The notes below the pieces were generated by a model. That model made no database searches, had not been told where the DNA came from, and was given only the letters and a program-made list of their open reading frames with translations. Of a stretch of 44,761 bases of DNA, positions 32,901 to 42,300 are shown piece by piece; positions within the stretch are counted from its first letter, which is position 1; each line of letters begins with the position of its first letter. This DNA is from a virus: IMG/VR virus record IMGVR_UViG_3300045988_103633, positions 1-44,761 of that record. One strand, written 5' to 3'. A program made the translations under genes and the position numbers.

Positions 32901-35900
32901 TAATCAATCATTGCCAACATTATTGCCAATCGCATCGGGTATCATTTCGAACCTGGTAACTTTTATCATGCAGGCATTGCCAGTAATTGTGCAAACAGGA
33001 TGGACGATCCTTTCAAACTTGATGGATGGGATCATGAAGGCGTTGCCTAACTTGATCAATATCGCCGTTCAATTGGTAGTGTGGCTTGCACAGACCATCG
33101 CACAAAACTTACCGATAATTGTCAATAAAGGGATGGATATCGTTTTAAACTTGTTACAAGGAATTCTCAAGAAGTTCCCTGAATGGTGGGAAATGGCAGT
33201 CAAGTTGATCATTCAATTTGGTACAAAATTAGCTGAAAACTTCCCATCGATCGTGAAAAAAGGTTGGGAATTGCTGACGAAGCTTGTGCAAGGGATTGGC
33301 GAAAGAATTCCGGCGTTGCTTGCAATGGTCGTTCGGTTTATGGGCGTTATGCTTGGTAAGATATTGGAGTATTTGCCAGACTTAATAATTCTAGGTGTGA
33401 AATTGATCGTTGCTTTGATCAAAGGTTTGTGGGAGTTCGGCAAAGGATTGGGCGGATTCATCAGCGGATTTTGGGATTCACTGAAAAAAGGTTTTTCTCA
33501 AATTGATTGGGGCGAAATCGGTCGAAACGTAATCGATGGGATTGTCAAAGGGTTTACAAAAGGATTCAAGAAGGCAAAAGATGCCGTGACCGATCTTGCA
33601 GGAAACATCGGCGGATGGTTCAAAGAAAAAATGGGTATCAAGTCGCCGTCACGAGTTATGGCCAAGATTTCTCAATGGGTGCCGGCAGGGGTAGCGGTCG
33701 GAGTGGAAAAAGGTGCGCCGTTAGTTGATAAAGCGATGGATGCATTAACAGCCACAATGACGAAAACTGTACAAAGCGCCGATCCAACCGTTAAAAATGA
33801 AATCAAAGTCGAATCGAAACCGACATCGATGCCAGTAGATACAAATCAGATCACAAACGATGGTTCGTTGAATGCATCGGCCTTTAATACCGGATTGCAA
33901 ACGATCGTTCCACAAGTTGCAAACACGATCGGCACAATGGCAAATACAGTGGATACAGCCTTGACAAATCAAGTGCCAAAAATGCTTTCAAGCGGCCGTG
34001 AATGGATAACAAACATGAACAACGGAATTATTCAGGCAGTGCCACAAGTTACGAACACAATCGGCACAATGGCGAATTCAGTTGATACAGTTTTGACGAA
34101 TCAAGTGCCAGGAATGCTTTCAAGTGGTCGTGAATGGATAACAAACATGAAAAATGGAATTATTCAGACAGTGCCACAGCTTACAGCAAGCGTTTCGAAC
34201 ATGGTCAATCAAACAAACAGCAGGATCGATGCGAACGATGCTACAATGACCAGAAACGGAACTGAATGGGGAAGAAACATTCTATCCGGGTTTAATTCGA
34301 TTTATCCACAATTTATCAATCGGGTTGGGCAATTCACAAATGATACTGTTAACCGCTTGAGATCGATCAATAATACTGTTTTATCCATCGGCAGACAATA
34401 TATGCAGTTGCTTCTTAACGGAATCAATCAATTGTATGGCACAGTTGTTTCACGTGTAACAGCGTTGGGAAATCAGATGGTTTCGTCCTTAAATTCAAAA
34501 CGTGGCGGATTCTACAATGCCGGAACGTATTTGATGAATGGACTAATATCCGGAATAAACGCCGTCAAAGGTTCGCTTAATACGACAATGAACAGCGTTG
34601 CAAATGCAATGGTCGGAGGAATTGGAAAAGGTGTGAACGGCGTTGCCAGTGGTGTAAACTACATCATGGGTCAAGTTGAATCGAAAAAACGTATTGGAAA
34701 TTGGAAAATACCGAAATACGCCAGTGGTACAGATGGGCATCCAGAAGATGGATTGGCAATGGTCAATGACCAACCGGGGTCGAATTATCATGAGATCGTT
34801 CAACGTCCGAATGGAGAAACGTTTATCCCTAAAGCAAGAAATGCCGTGTTATGGTTAGAAAAAGGCACAAAGGTTGTCAAAGCATCCATGACGAAGCAAA
34901 TCCTCAAGGCTAGAAAAAACGCCATTCCACGATATAAAAATGGTGTCGGGGATATCGATGTGGCAGATTTCATCGATGATGAAGATGCATTGAAACGATT
35001 TTTCCAAAGTAAAGTGAATTATTCGAAAATCAAGTCACCGTGGAACGGCATGACAAGAACAGCCGTTGACATGATGGGCCATGCATCAAATGACATGGTA
35101 CAAACGGCATTGAGTGATTTCTTTAGTCACGGCAATTTTGATGGATCATTGTTTGCAGGCGGTGGAGCGTTCAACAACGTTTACACGTATCTTGTAGACG
35201 TAGCGCAAAAACTCATGACGAAGTTCCCTGGTTTAATTCCTACATCCGGTTACCGTCCGGGCGATGCTTATTATCACGGAAAACACCAGGCAATCGATTT
35301 GGCTTATCCTGGAGTTTCAAACGATCCAAGATATACCACGATCGCAAATTACGCTTTTGAGAAATTCAAGAATCAAATTGCTTACGTCATTACAAATGGC
35401 CGAGTACGTGACCGCATGGGGCTATCCGGTACAGGCGCATCCGGCAAATGGGTAACATGGCCAGCCCACGATCACTTTGACCATATCCATCTAAACGGAG
35501 CGTTTGGCGGTGGCCAGTTGCAAAGCGGTGGTGGCGGTGGCGTTGAAAAATGGCGTGGCCTAGCTATCAAAGCATTAAGAATGGAAGGACAATATTCGCC
35601 GGCCAACCTTAATGCGCTATTGAATCAAATGCGAACAGAATCGAACGGCGATCCGAATGCTATCAACTTATGGGACCCGAACGCCCTTAAAGGAACGCCA
35701 TCAAAAGGGTTGATGCAGGTTATCGATCCAACGTTCCGAGCTTATGCACGTCCGCCATACAATAAAAACATCTTTGATCCTATTTCGAACATACTGGCAT
35801 CAATCAGATACACGTTGAGAACGTACGGCAGTTTGATTGCCGGATGGCGTGGTGTAGGCTATGAAAACGGCGGAATGGTCACAAAAGATGGGCTTTATAG

Positions 35901-36282
35901 AATGGGCGAAGGCAACAAAGCTGAAATGGTTATACCATTGACCAAGCCACAAAGAGCGATGGAACTAATTATGCAAGCCATCCAATATATGGGCGGTGGC
36001 GGATTGATCAAATCGCTTTCAAATGTCGCAATTCCGGTCATGGATAATCTGACAGGATTCGCAATAAACAGCGCAGGCATTTCCGGTGGTGCGGATGATC
36101 CAACCAACAGAGCCATTTTAAGTGCTATCATGGAACAAAATGAAATATTGCGCCAGATTCTAGCGAAGAACACTGATGTCATTTTGAATGGCCGTGTTGT
36201 TTCACAAGAATTGTTGCCAGAATTGGATAAACAGCGTGCAAGAAATCAATTGTTAGAAAGACGAAAAGAAGGGAAGAAATAG
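29950..36282 (+). CDS. Tape measure protein (2110 aa) with C-terminal LAS-type metallopeptidase and lytic transglycosylase (SLT) domains
   Basis: Long helical repeats and a central TM-like block. YHGKHQAIDL ... HDHFDHIHL (H..D / H.H metallopeptidase, about 35250-35500). RTESNGDPNAIN...GLMQVIDPTF...IRY (SLT, about 35545-35870). Confidence 0.9.
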   Translation: MADGKRIGGAFLDFQVDYSQLKTFLSTMNSLSDQTNKQISGIGSVIESTIQKTKNLTKETASGANQQKNAMSNIMTQYANASKKVEEMTNSISKTKTTSSNATKSILSDSKSIAGESSKTAFKMSQSTSQAFDSMKKDSRSLNQTLVAGMKANVQEFGQSFKNLGSTFSGIASSIINTFKKIPSGIASIPKTIATQMKNLAGSITSGFARAKDSAISQIKKIPDAVRSAGNSIKTGFATAFNTVVSTATNVVNKTNRAIQTLPQTISRAGSAIKNGFSNGIKAIPQIASNVAKTAGNAFSSIGTTVKNVASASGSAMKSFLSSGMQNVLSKARSVFPGVKKQIQDGVDEPAKTASLSLGKIAGAIGVMKVASKAFSMIGSSMEGAINRIDTLANADRVFENMGFKAEETRKMMQALNKSITGLPTALNDAVSGVQLIASSTGDIGKSQKIFEALNNGILGFGGSADMVNNAIVQLSQSFSNGKVDAETWNSMINSGLGPALNAIAKQMGKTAGELKTGLSEGTISVKDFQDRLIELNEKGGGGLKSLQQIAQDATKGIKTSIANFKTSVTRGVAEIIKAFDKFITAVTGKGVADWIGTFASGFEAGLKKIASGFEAVTPLAKKLYDTLKPFAPVIGGVVAGLLAMGGINSAIFAISKLSGVFAMFTKALWANPIGLVVGLIVTLGVAFYNAYNKSETFRKSVDNLLKPLKKVGEMAQLAGKMIQLYLFGEYTQDKGEQFAKTRKALEEMLPKQVVDAFVNQIQRVSDAKEKLTTIIKAISLSFQDLKPEEYGEKMKSLHDYLGQFIPQEQLNAIWVRIANFNNAINQFKDIFSIFYDALTGNFKDFNQLYEEYGDIFDISQLFDIVYISQILNQVGDTFRTAFTQIKQAILTGITEGDFTQLYALIQQIAPTIIGMLLGGIPQIAIAGGRLLLSIADGMGLNIPQLITKLTTEILPSIVNTLVTGAITFVNVGIQWINNIIAGINQSLPTLLPIASGIISNLVTFIMQALPVIVQTGWTILSNLMDGIMKALPNLINIAVQLVVWLAQTIAQNLPIIVNKGMDIVLNLLQGILKKFPEWWEMAVKLIIQFGTKLAENFPSIVKKGWELLTKLVQGIGERIPALLAMVVRFMGVMLGKILEYLPDLIILGVKLIVALIKGLWEFGKGLGGFISGFWDSLKKGFSQIDWGEIGRNVIDGIVKGFTKGFKKAKDAVTDLAGNIGGWFKEKMGIKSPSRVMAKISQWVPAGVAVGVEKGAPLVDKAMDALTATMTKTVQSADPTVKNEIKVESKPTSMPVDTNQITNDGSLNASAFNTGLQTIVPQVANTIGTMANTVDTALTNQVPKMLSSGREWITNMNNGIIQAVPQVTNTIGTMANSVDTVLTNQVPGMLSSGREWITNMKNGIIQTVPQLTASVSNMVNQTNSRIDANDATMTRNGTEWGRNILSGFNSIYPQFINRVGQFTNDTVNRLRSINNTVLSIGRQYMQLLLNGINQLYGTVVSRVTALGNQMVSSLNSKRGGFYNAGTYLMNGLISGINAVKGSLNTTMNSVANAMVGGIGKGVNGVASGVNYIMGQVESKKRIGNWKIPKYASGTDGHPEDGLAMVNDQPGSNYHEIVQRPNGETFIPKARNAVLWLEKGTKVVKASMTKQILKARKNAIPRYKNGVGDIDVADFIDDEDALKRFFQSKVNYSKIKSPWNGMTRTAVDMMGHASNDMVQTALSDFFSHGNFDGSLFAGGGAFNNVYTYLVDVAQKLMTKFPGLIPTSGYRPGDAYYHGKHQAIDLAYPGVSNDPRYTTIANYAFEKFKNQIAYVITNGRVRDRMGLSGTGASGKWVTWPAHDHFDHIHLNGAFGGGQLQSGGGGGVEKWRGLAIKALRMEGQYSPANLNALLNQMRTESNGDPNAINLWDPNALKGTPSKGLMQVIDPTFRAYARPPYNKNIFDPISNILASIRYTLRTYGSLIAGWRGVGYENGGMVTKDGLYRMGEGNKAEMVIPLTKPQRAMELIMQAIQYMGGGGLIKSLSNVAIPVMDNLTGFAINSAGISGGADDPTNRAILSAIMEQNEILRQILAKNTDVILNGRVVSQELLPELDKQRARNQLLERRKEGKK
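33907..34170 (+). repeat. Two tandem 132-bp (44-aa) repeats in the tape measure gene, with a degenerate third unit starting at 34171
   Basis: VPQVANTIGTMANTVDTALTNQVPKMLSSGREWITNMNNGIIQA / VPQVTNTIGTMANSVDTVLTNQVPGMLSSGREWITNMKNGIIQT. Confidence 0.9.
34447..34462. promoter_or_regulatory. Palindrome copy h (TGTTTCACGTGTAACA), inside the tape measure gene
   Basis: Identical to copy g. Confidence 0.65.
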
Positions 36283-36283
36283 A

Positions 36284-37843
36284 ATGGTAGATCAAAAAGT
36301 AGATCAAAAAGAGTTCCGAGGAACAAAGATGATCGTTGATGGGAAAAGGCTTTCGAGCCTTTTCCAGATCAACAAGATCAGTCGGCCATCGACACCAGTC
36401 GAACACGACAAGCAAGAAACGCAGTTCGGTTATAGATACATCCGGACAAAAGAAAAGGACAACACCTTGAAAATTGATATAACCATCCGATCGAACGAAA
36501 TCAATGACTTTCGTCCGGTTGCTGATTTAAGGGATGACATCGTTCGGGAGTTATACAAAGACGGTTTGAGAAAGTACCAGTTTACCGATCAACCAGATCG
36601 ATATTGGGAAGGGAAATTCGATGGATCGTTAGAATTGGAGTATATCAACAAGCGAAACGCAAAAACTACGATTGAATTGTGGATTCCGGCCGGTCATGCT
36701 ATTTCGGCATTAAACGAAAAAGAATTCACGAATGACGTTGAAAACGATCCTGGTGTAATCAATGCAGTAAACGGTGGAACAAGACGTGTTTATCCACTGA
36801 CGGAGGTTCTATTCACGAAAGAATGCGGATATATCGCATTTATGAATGAGAGTGGCAATCTATTGCAGTTTGGCAATCCGGACGAAGTAGACGGAACTAT
36901 TAAAGAAAAGAATGAACTTTTGTTCGATGATCATATGCAACAAGAACGGCCGGGGTGGGTTAGAAACCAGGGGATCACACCGCCAGTCACTTATCGCAGG
37001 GATCAAGTGGGAACAGTTAGCTATATTGATGATTCGGCCAACTATCCAGACGTTCCGAACGAAGGTTATTTCAGATGTTACAACTACGGAGATACAACCT
37101 TGCCAAGTTGGCACGGATTGGCTATGACGAAAGAAATTCCATTGCCATCCGATGGAGAATATCCCACGAACTTTCATTCGGCATTCCGTTTCGATTTCAA
37201 TAACGATGGAGTTCCTAACAAAGAAAAACCATCAAGAATCGGCCATTTTTCCGTGACATATTCGGACGAAAACGACAACATCATTTGTTCGTTCGGTATC
37301 GAGGACAACAATCCATCGGCAGAAAAGAGCGACATGTTTTTCTATATTGGGAACAAACGTGTATTCGATAATCGTAATACGACAAAATATTATACAAATC
37401 AGCGATATCCGGGAAGATGGATCACGATCGAAAAGGTGGGTAATGTGATCACGATGCGTGCGCAGGCTTATGGAATAACCAAAACATTTACCATTCCGAG
37501 CGATGCCAATTTCGGCAAGTTGAGAAAAGTCACGGTATACCATGCGCAATATAAAAATCATAAGGTAATGGGAAACATTGTTTTTCGTGCTTTGCAGGTA
37601 ACAAAATACAATACGCAATATTGGTCAGATTTCAAAAATATTTTCCAACCAGGGGATTTTCTTTCGATCGATTTCGAAGGGCGTTCGATCATGCGGAACG
37701 GCCAACCGCTCGACAAATTAGGCGCATACGGTAACGAATGGTTTCCGTTAGTTCCTGGAGAAAATGAGGTGGTTGTCAGTTATTCGGATTGGGTTATCGA
37801 ACCGCCACAAGTGAAAATGAAATTTAAGGAGTTGTGGTATTAA
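36284..37843 (+). CDS. Distal tail protein (Dit), enlarged form with an extra internal/C-terminal domain
   Basis: The N-terminal IVDGKRLSSLF...YIRTKEKDNTLKIDITI...YWEGKFDGSLELE resembles siphovirus tail component (Sipho_tail). At 519 aa it is about twice the size of a minimal Dit. Sits directly after the tape measure gene. ATG 36329 is an alternative start. Confidence 0.7.
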   Translation: MVDQKVDQKEFRGTKMIVDGKRLSSLFQINKISRPSTPVEHDKQETQFGYRYIRTKEKDNTLKIDITIRSNEINDFRPVADLRDDIVRELYKDGLRKYQFTDQPDRYWEGKFDGSLELEYINKRNAKTTIELWIPAGHAISALNEKEFTNDVENDPGVINAVNGGTRRVYPLTEVLFTKECGYIAFMNESGNLLQFGNPDEVDGTIKEKNELLFDDHMQQERPGWVRNQGITPPVTYRRDQVGTVSYIDDSANYPDVPNEGYFRCYNYGDTTLPSWHGLAMTKEIPLPSDGEYPTNFHSAFRFDFNNDGVPNKEKPSRIGHFSVTYSDENDNIICSFGIEDNNPSAEKSDMFFYIGNKRVFDNRNTTKYYTNQRYPGRWITIEKVGNVITMRAQAYGITKTFTIPSDANFGKLRKVTVYHAQYKNHKVMGNIVFRALQVTKYNTQYWSDFKNIFQPGDFLSIDFEGRSIMRNGQPLDKLGAYGNEWFPLVPGENEVVVSYSDWVIEPPQVKMKFKELWY

Positions 37844-39300
37844 TGGCAGAATTTTATTTTGCGGATAGACGTATGGAAATTCAAGCCGTTGGATCGACTG
37901 ATGAAACAGATGCGATTTTGGTCATGGAAGATGATCTGCAAGAAACATTGAAAACGGCATCCGGCATCTATACAATCACGATTTCCACGCTATCCGAGAA
38001 GTACAAACCGGCAGATATACAGGAGTACACAAAAATTTTGAATTATATTCTTGTAAAACGTCCGGATTCGAATAAGTGTGATTATTATACGATCATGGAT
38101 ATTGAAGAAGACTATGAGAATTTCACAAGATCGCTGACAGTTGAAAATGCCGGGCTTGATCTATTGAATGAAGTTTTGCCACCGTGGGGATTGCCGGCCG
38201 ATCAACATAACATTGTTTGGTATATGGAAAAAGCAATATACGATTCCGGGTTCGTGATTGGCATCAATGAATACGGAAGCGACAAACGAAGAAAATTGCA
38301 ATGGGATGGATCGAGTACAGCTTTAGAAAGAGCGCAATCGATTGCCACACAGTTTGACAATTGCGAATTAGGCTTTTCTTTCGAGGTAAAAGGCTTGCAG
38401 GTAACAAAAAAATATTTGGATATTTACAAGCATCGAGGATCACAGGAAAGAAAGCAGTTGTTTTTCGGTCGTGAGATTAAAAACATCAAAAAGACTGAAA
38501 GTGCCTATGATCTTGCAACGGCTTTGCAAGCAACAGGCGGAACGCCAGAAGGCAAAGAAAAGCCAATCAATCTATATAGTTATGTGGGATCAAGCGACAA
38601 TGGCCGATATTACACTGAAAAAAATTCGTACTATGTGAAAGATCGGGATGCTTTACAGATTTATAGCCGATACATTGCGCCGAATGAAACCGGGAAAGAT
38701 GTCGGACATATCGTGGCGCAATACAGTTACGAAACAACGAGCCAATCAGAGCTATTCAATCGAACCGTTGCCGAGTTGAAAAAAAGAAACCATCCAACGG
38801 AAGGATGGGAAGTTGAATTGTATTATATGCCGGATGGCTTATCAGTTGGCGATGAGGTGGCCATATTACATCCGGAGCGTGATTTGTATTTGGAAGCCAG
38901 GGTGGAAGAAATAACCTATTCGATAACCGGACTACCAACCGTTAAATTTGGAGATTTCTTGCAGGTTGATTCCGGGATCGATGAAGACTTGCGAAAAATG
39001 GCCGATGCCATCGCTAACATTGAAAAAACACAAATCTATTATAGAATTGTATTTGTATCAACTAACGGATTTAATTTCATGAATGGCGAAGGTTATTCGG
39101 ATGTTACGGCGCTTGTATTCAAAGGAAATGAAGACGTAACAGAAGCATTCGAACCAGAACGATTCGTGTGGCAAAAGTACGATGATCAAGGCATACACGA
39201 TACCGAATGGGAAGCCCAACATAACGGAACAGGTAACACGATTCGCATTTATGGAAATGATCCGGCAAATTACGACGTTAACATCACGAAGGAGGAATGA
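37843..39300 (+). CDS. Tail-associated protein (Tal / phage minor structural protein, N-terminal-region family)
   Basis: AEFYFADRRMEIQAVGS...YYTIMDIEEDYENFTRSLTVENAGLDLLNEV is typical of the prophage-tail/Tal N-terminus. Position is after Dit. ORF track starts at GTG 37834. Confidence 0.7.
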   Translation: MAEFYFADRRMEIQAVGSTDETDAILVMEDDLQETLKTASGIYTITISTLSEKYKPADIQEYTKILNYILVKRPDSNKCDYYTIMDIEEDYENFTRSLTVENAGLDLLNEVLPPWGLPADQHNIVWYMEKAIYDSGFVIGINEYGSDKRRKLQWDGSSTALERAQSIATQFDNCELGFSFEVKGLQVTKKYLDIYKHRGSQERKQLFFGREIKNIKKTESAYDLATALQATGGTPEGKEKPINLYSYVGSSDNGRYYTEKNSYYVKDRDALQIYSRYIAPNETGKDVGHIVAQYSYETTSQSELFNRTVAELKKRNHPTEGWEVELYYMPDGLSVGDEVAILHPERDLYLEARVEEITYSITGLPTVKFGDFLQVDSGIDEDLRKMADAIANIEKTQIYYRIVFVSTNGFNFMNGEGYSDVTALVFKGNEDVTEAFEPERFVWQKYDDQGIHDTEWEAQHNGTGNTIRIYGNDPANYDVNITKEE

Positions 39301-39303
39301 CAA

Positions 39304-42300
39304 ATGGCAAATTTGGTTTCGGGTAGTTTCAAATCAACAAATGTAAACGATGGAGCAGATGCAAGGTTGCTGATACTTGAAACATCGGGAAATGTGATCG
39401 GATTTGATGCAGAAGGAAAAGCAGTGCCAGGGCAAAAAGTAGATATTGTTGCATACATTCAAAATATAGAGGGTTCGCCGATATTCACGGCGATCCCTTA
39501 CATTGGAGAAACGGCACAAACACCGATCACATTAAAAGGATCGGGAAATGCTAGGTATATCACAGGGGAAGAATGGAATAAAGATTGGAACAGATTAATT
39601 GTTTCGGTATCGTTGGCAGGTTTCACAGATTCCACCACGATTGCAAAGGTACAAGATGGTTCGGGTAAAGATGGCCAAAACGCTATTGTTGGCCTTTTAA
39701 CGAACGAAGCCATCACGTTATCCGCAGATGAAAACGGAAATATCCCGGACTTTTCCACAGCTACCGGAGAATTTCAAATTTACGACGGATTGGCGAAAGT
39801 CACAGAAGGCGTTTCTTTTGCGATTTCCGACCAAGTAGGCGCATCCGGTACAATTAACCAGAACGGCGTTTACAACGTCACAGCGATGACAGCAGACACA
39901 GCAACGATCGAATTCAAAGCGACATACAAAGGAACGGAGATCGTTAAGAAATTAAGTCTGGCAAAATCTCGCAAAGGACAACCAGGTAAAAACGCCAATT
40001 TGCTTTATTTATCCGTTTCGAACAATGTGATCGTATTTGATGCAAACGATGTCGCATTTCCTAACCAACGCATTTCGATCGTGGCTAAGTTACAAAACAT
40101 TTCCGGCACAGCCACATTCAAAGCGATCCCTTACATCAACGCAACAGCGCAATCAGAAATCGCATTATCGGGTTCGGGCAATGATCGATACATTTCCGGG
40201 GAAAATTGGGATAAGCGATGGACGAGCCTATCAGTCACGGCAACGATCGGGGGATTAAGCGATCAAACAACTATTTATAAGATCAGCGAAGTAAAAGGAG
40301 CAGACGGCAAAAATACGATCATCGGCATCTTAACAAACGAATCGATCACGATTTCAGCGGATGCAAATGGGAACGTTCCAGACTTCACAAAGGCAACAGG
40401 AACATTCCAGATTTACGATGGCATCGCATTGGTTGATCCGAAAAACGTCACTTATGCAGTTCAGACACAAACAGGCGCAACGACTACGATCGGCACAGAT
40501 GGCGTTTATAGAGTTACCGCAATGAGTGCAGACACAGCAACAGTCGTTTTCAAGGCTACCTATGGCGGAGTTGAGAGAACGAAACAATTATCCATCGCAA
40601 AATCAAAAGCCGGCCAAAAAGGCGAAGCAGGCAACGGCATCAAGTCAACGAAAACACAATATCAAAGATCAGCAGACGGACAAACACCGCCAACAGGCGC
40701 ATGGCTTGATGAAATCCCGGTAGTTTCACCAGGAGAATTCTTGTGGACGAGGGTCACGCAAACATTCGATGATGATACAACATCGGTCAGCTATAGTGTT
40801 TCAAAAATGGGGGAAGATGGCGAAAATGGCAAACCATCATATATTCACACCGCATGGGCAAACGTTGATACGTTCCCGGAATTTGTTAAGGGCGCACGCC
40901 CTAACGTTCATCGAAAATCTGAATTGTATTCTATGCTATCAAATAATTCCGCAGATTATCCCAATCAAGGTTATTGGCTAACAGATACAGATGGAAGGTT
41001 ATTTTTCAGAACAGAAAGAACGAACTTAGAAAAGAACCCTGATAAATTTTCTGTATATAACGGAATTGGGATGGATTATAATTCGAATGATCCAGAGAAT
41101 TCAGGTAGCATTGACACAAATCTAGTAGGCAAAAAAGTGATTGTTTCCGGCAGATGGAGAGGGTCAAGAGAAACAGAACTTGTGTTTATGTCTAAAGTAA
41201 TTGTTGACGGAGTAACAAAAGCATTGCCTAAAGACAAAGAGAAGGTCAAAATATCTACAGATTGGCAAACTTTTTCAACTGTAATCGATAAAGTAGAAGA
41301 AGGAACGAGTGTAGTTAGATTTTTGCCGTCATATAATTATCCTGGCAATTGGGAAACGGCGGAAGGTTTTTATTTAGATCAAAAAGATATCAAAATTGAA
41401 ATTGTCGATGAGGGAGAAAGCGAAGAACCTACGCCGTGGATTCCGCCAATCACTCGCAAATTGTTCAATCCTAAAAATATTTTTGAAGGAGGAAATTCCA
41501 GAAATCCAGCTAACTTTCAAGGTTCGAACGTGGAAGCGACAAAAAATGTAGAGGTAGCAGAATGGGGAGCTAAAGATGCATCTACATTTGTGATAACAGG
41601 AGGAACACACGTTACCAAAGGTGTAATGAAAGTTAGGTTGACCAATCCGCCTTTGCAATCAGATGGAAAAACGTTTTATCGAACAAATTTTCATATACGT
41701 AATAATCACGAAACAAATACTTTGATCATTGCATTAAATGGAGGAACGAGCGTTTCTGTTCCACCTAAAGCAATCGGATATTTTGGAACGCCTACAAACC
41801 AACACGTTGCAAACAGTGATTTGCAATTTCACTTTCAGGTGGCCGATCCTAGTATGGATATCAATTGCACATTTTGGAATCCAGAATTTTATGCGTACGA
41901 TATCGAACATGGGTTCACGGAGAAAGCACCTGGAAGCGACGGGCGTATTTATTTGGGAACATACACAGATAGCAACGAAGAAGCATCGGGAAATCCGGCT
42001 GATTATGATTGGGCAAAAGTCAAAGGCGAAGACGGTGTGGGGCTAGAATCAACAGAAATCTTTTATGTAGGTTCAACAAACGGACAAACACCGCCAGAAA
42101 GCGGATGGCAAACGACTGTTCCTAACGTGCCACAAGGTCAATACATGTGGACAAAGATTGTGTGGACTTATTCGGATGATTCCATAAAAACCGCTTATTC
42201 AGTGGGTAAAATTGGTGCTAATGGAACAAACGGAAACGATGGCTTGCCTGGAAAAGATGGCGTAGGGATCGATGACACGTTGATTGAATATGCGGTCAGC

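Noticed and set aside
784-34462. Identification of the palindrome as a known box (CcpA cre, LexA/Cheo box, Rex, CRP/FNR, LacI-family operators)
   Set aside because: cre and LacI-type sites read TGTAA...TTACA. The Cheo box reads GAAC-N4-GTTC. Rex reads TTGTGAA-N4-TTCACAA. The half-site sequence or order differs in each case, so no known regulator is assigned.
36290-36313. Direct repeat gtagatcaaaaa x2 at the Dit 5' end
   Set aside because: It is only 12 bp and in frame (VDQK VDQK). It is probably a trivial slippage duplication, or lies upstream of the true start (ATG 36329).
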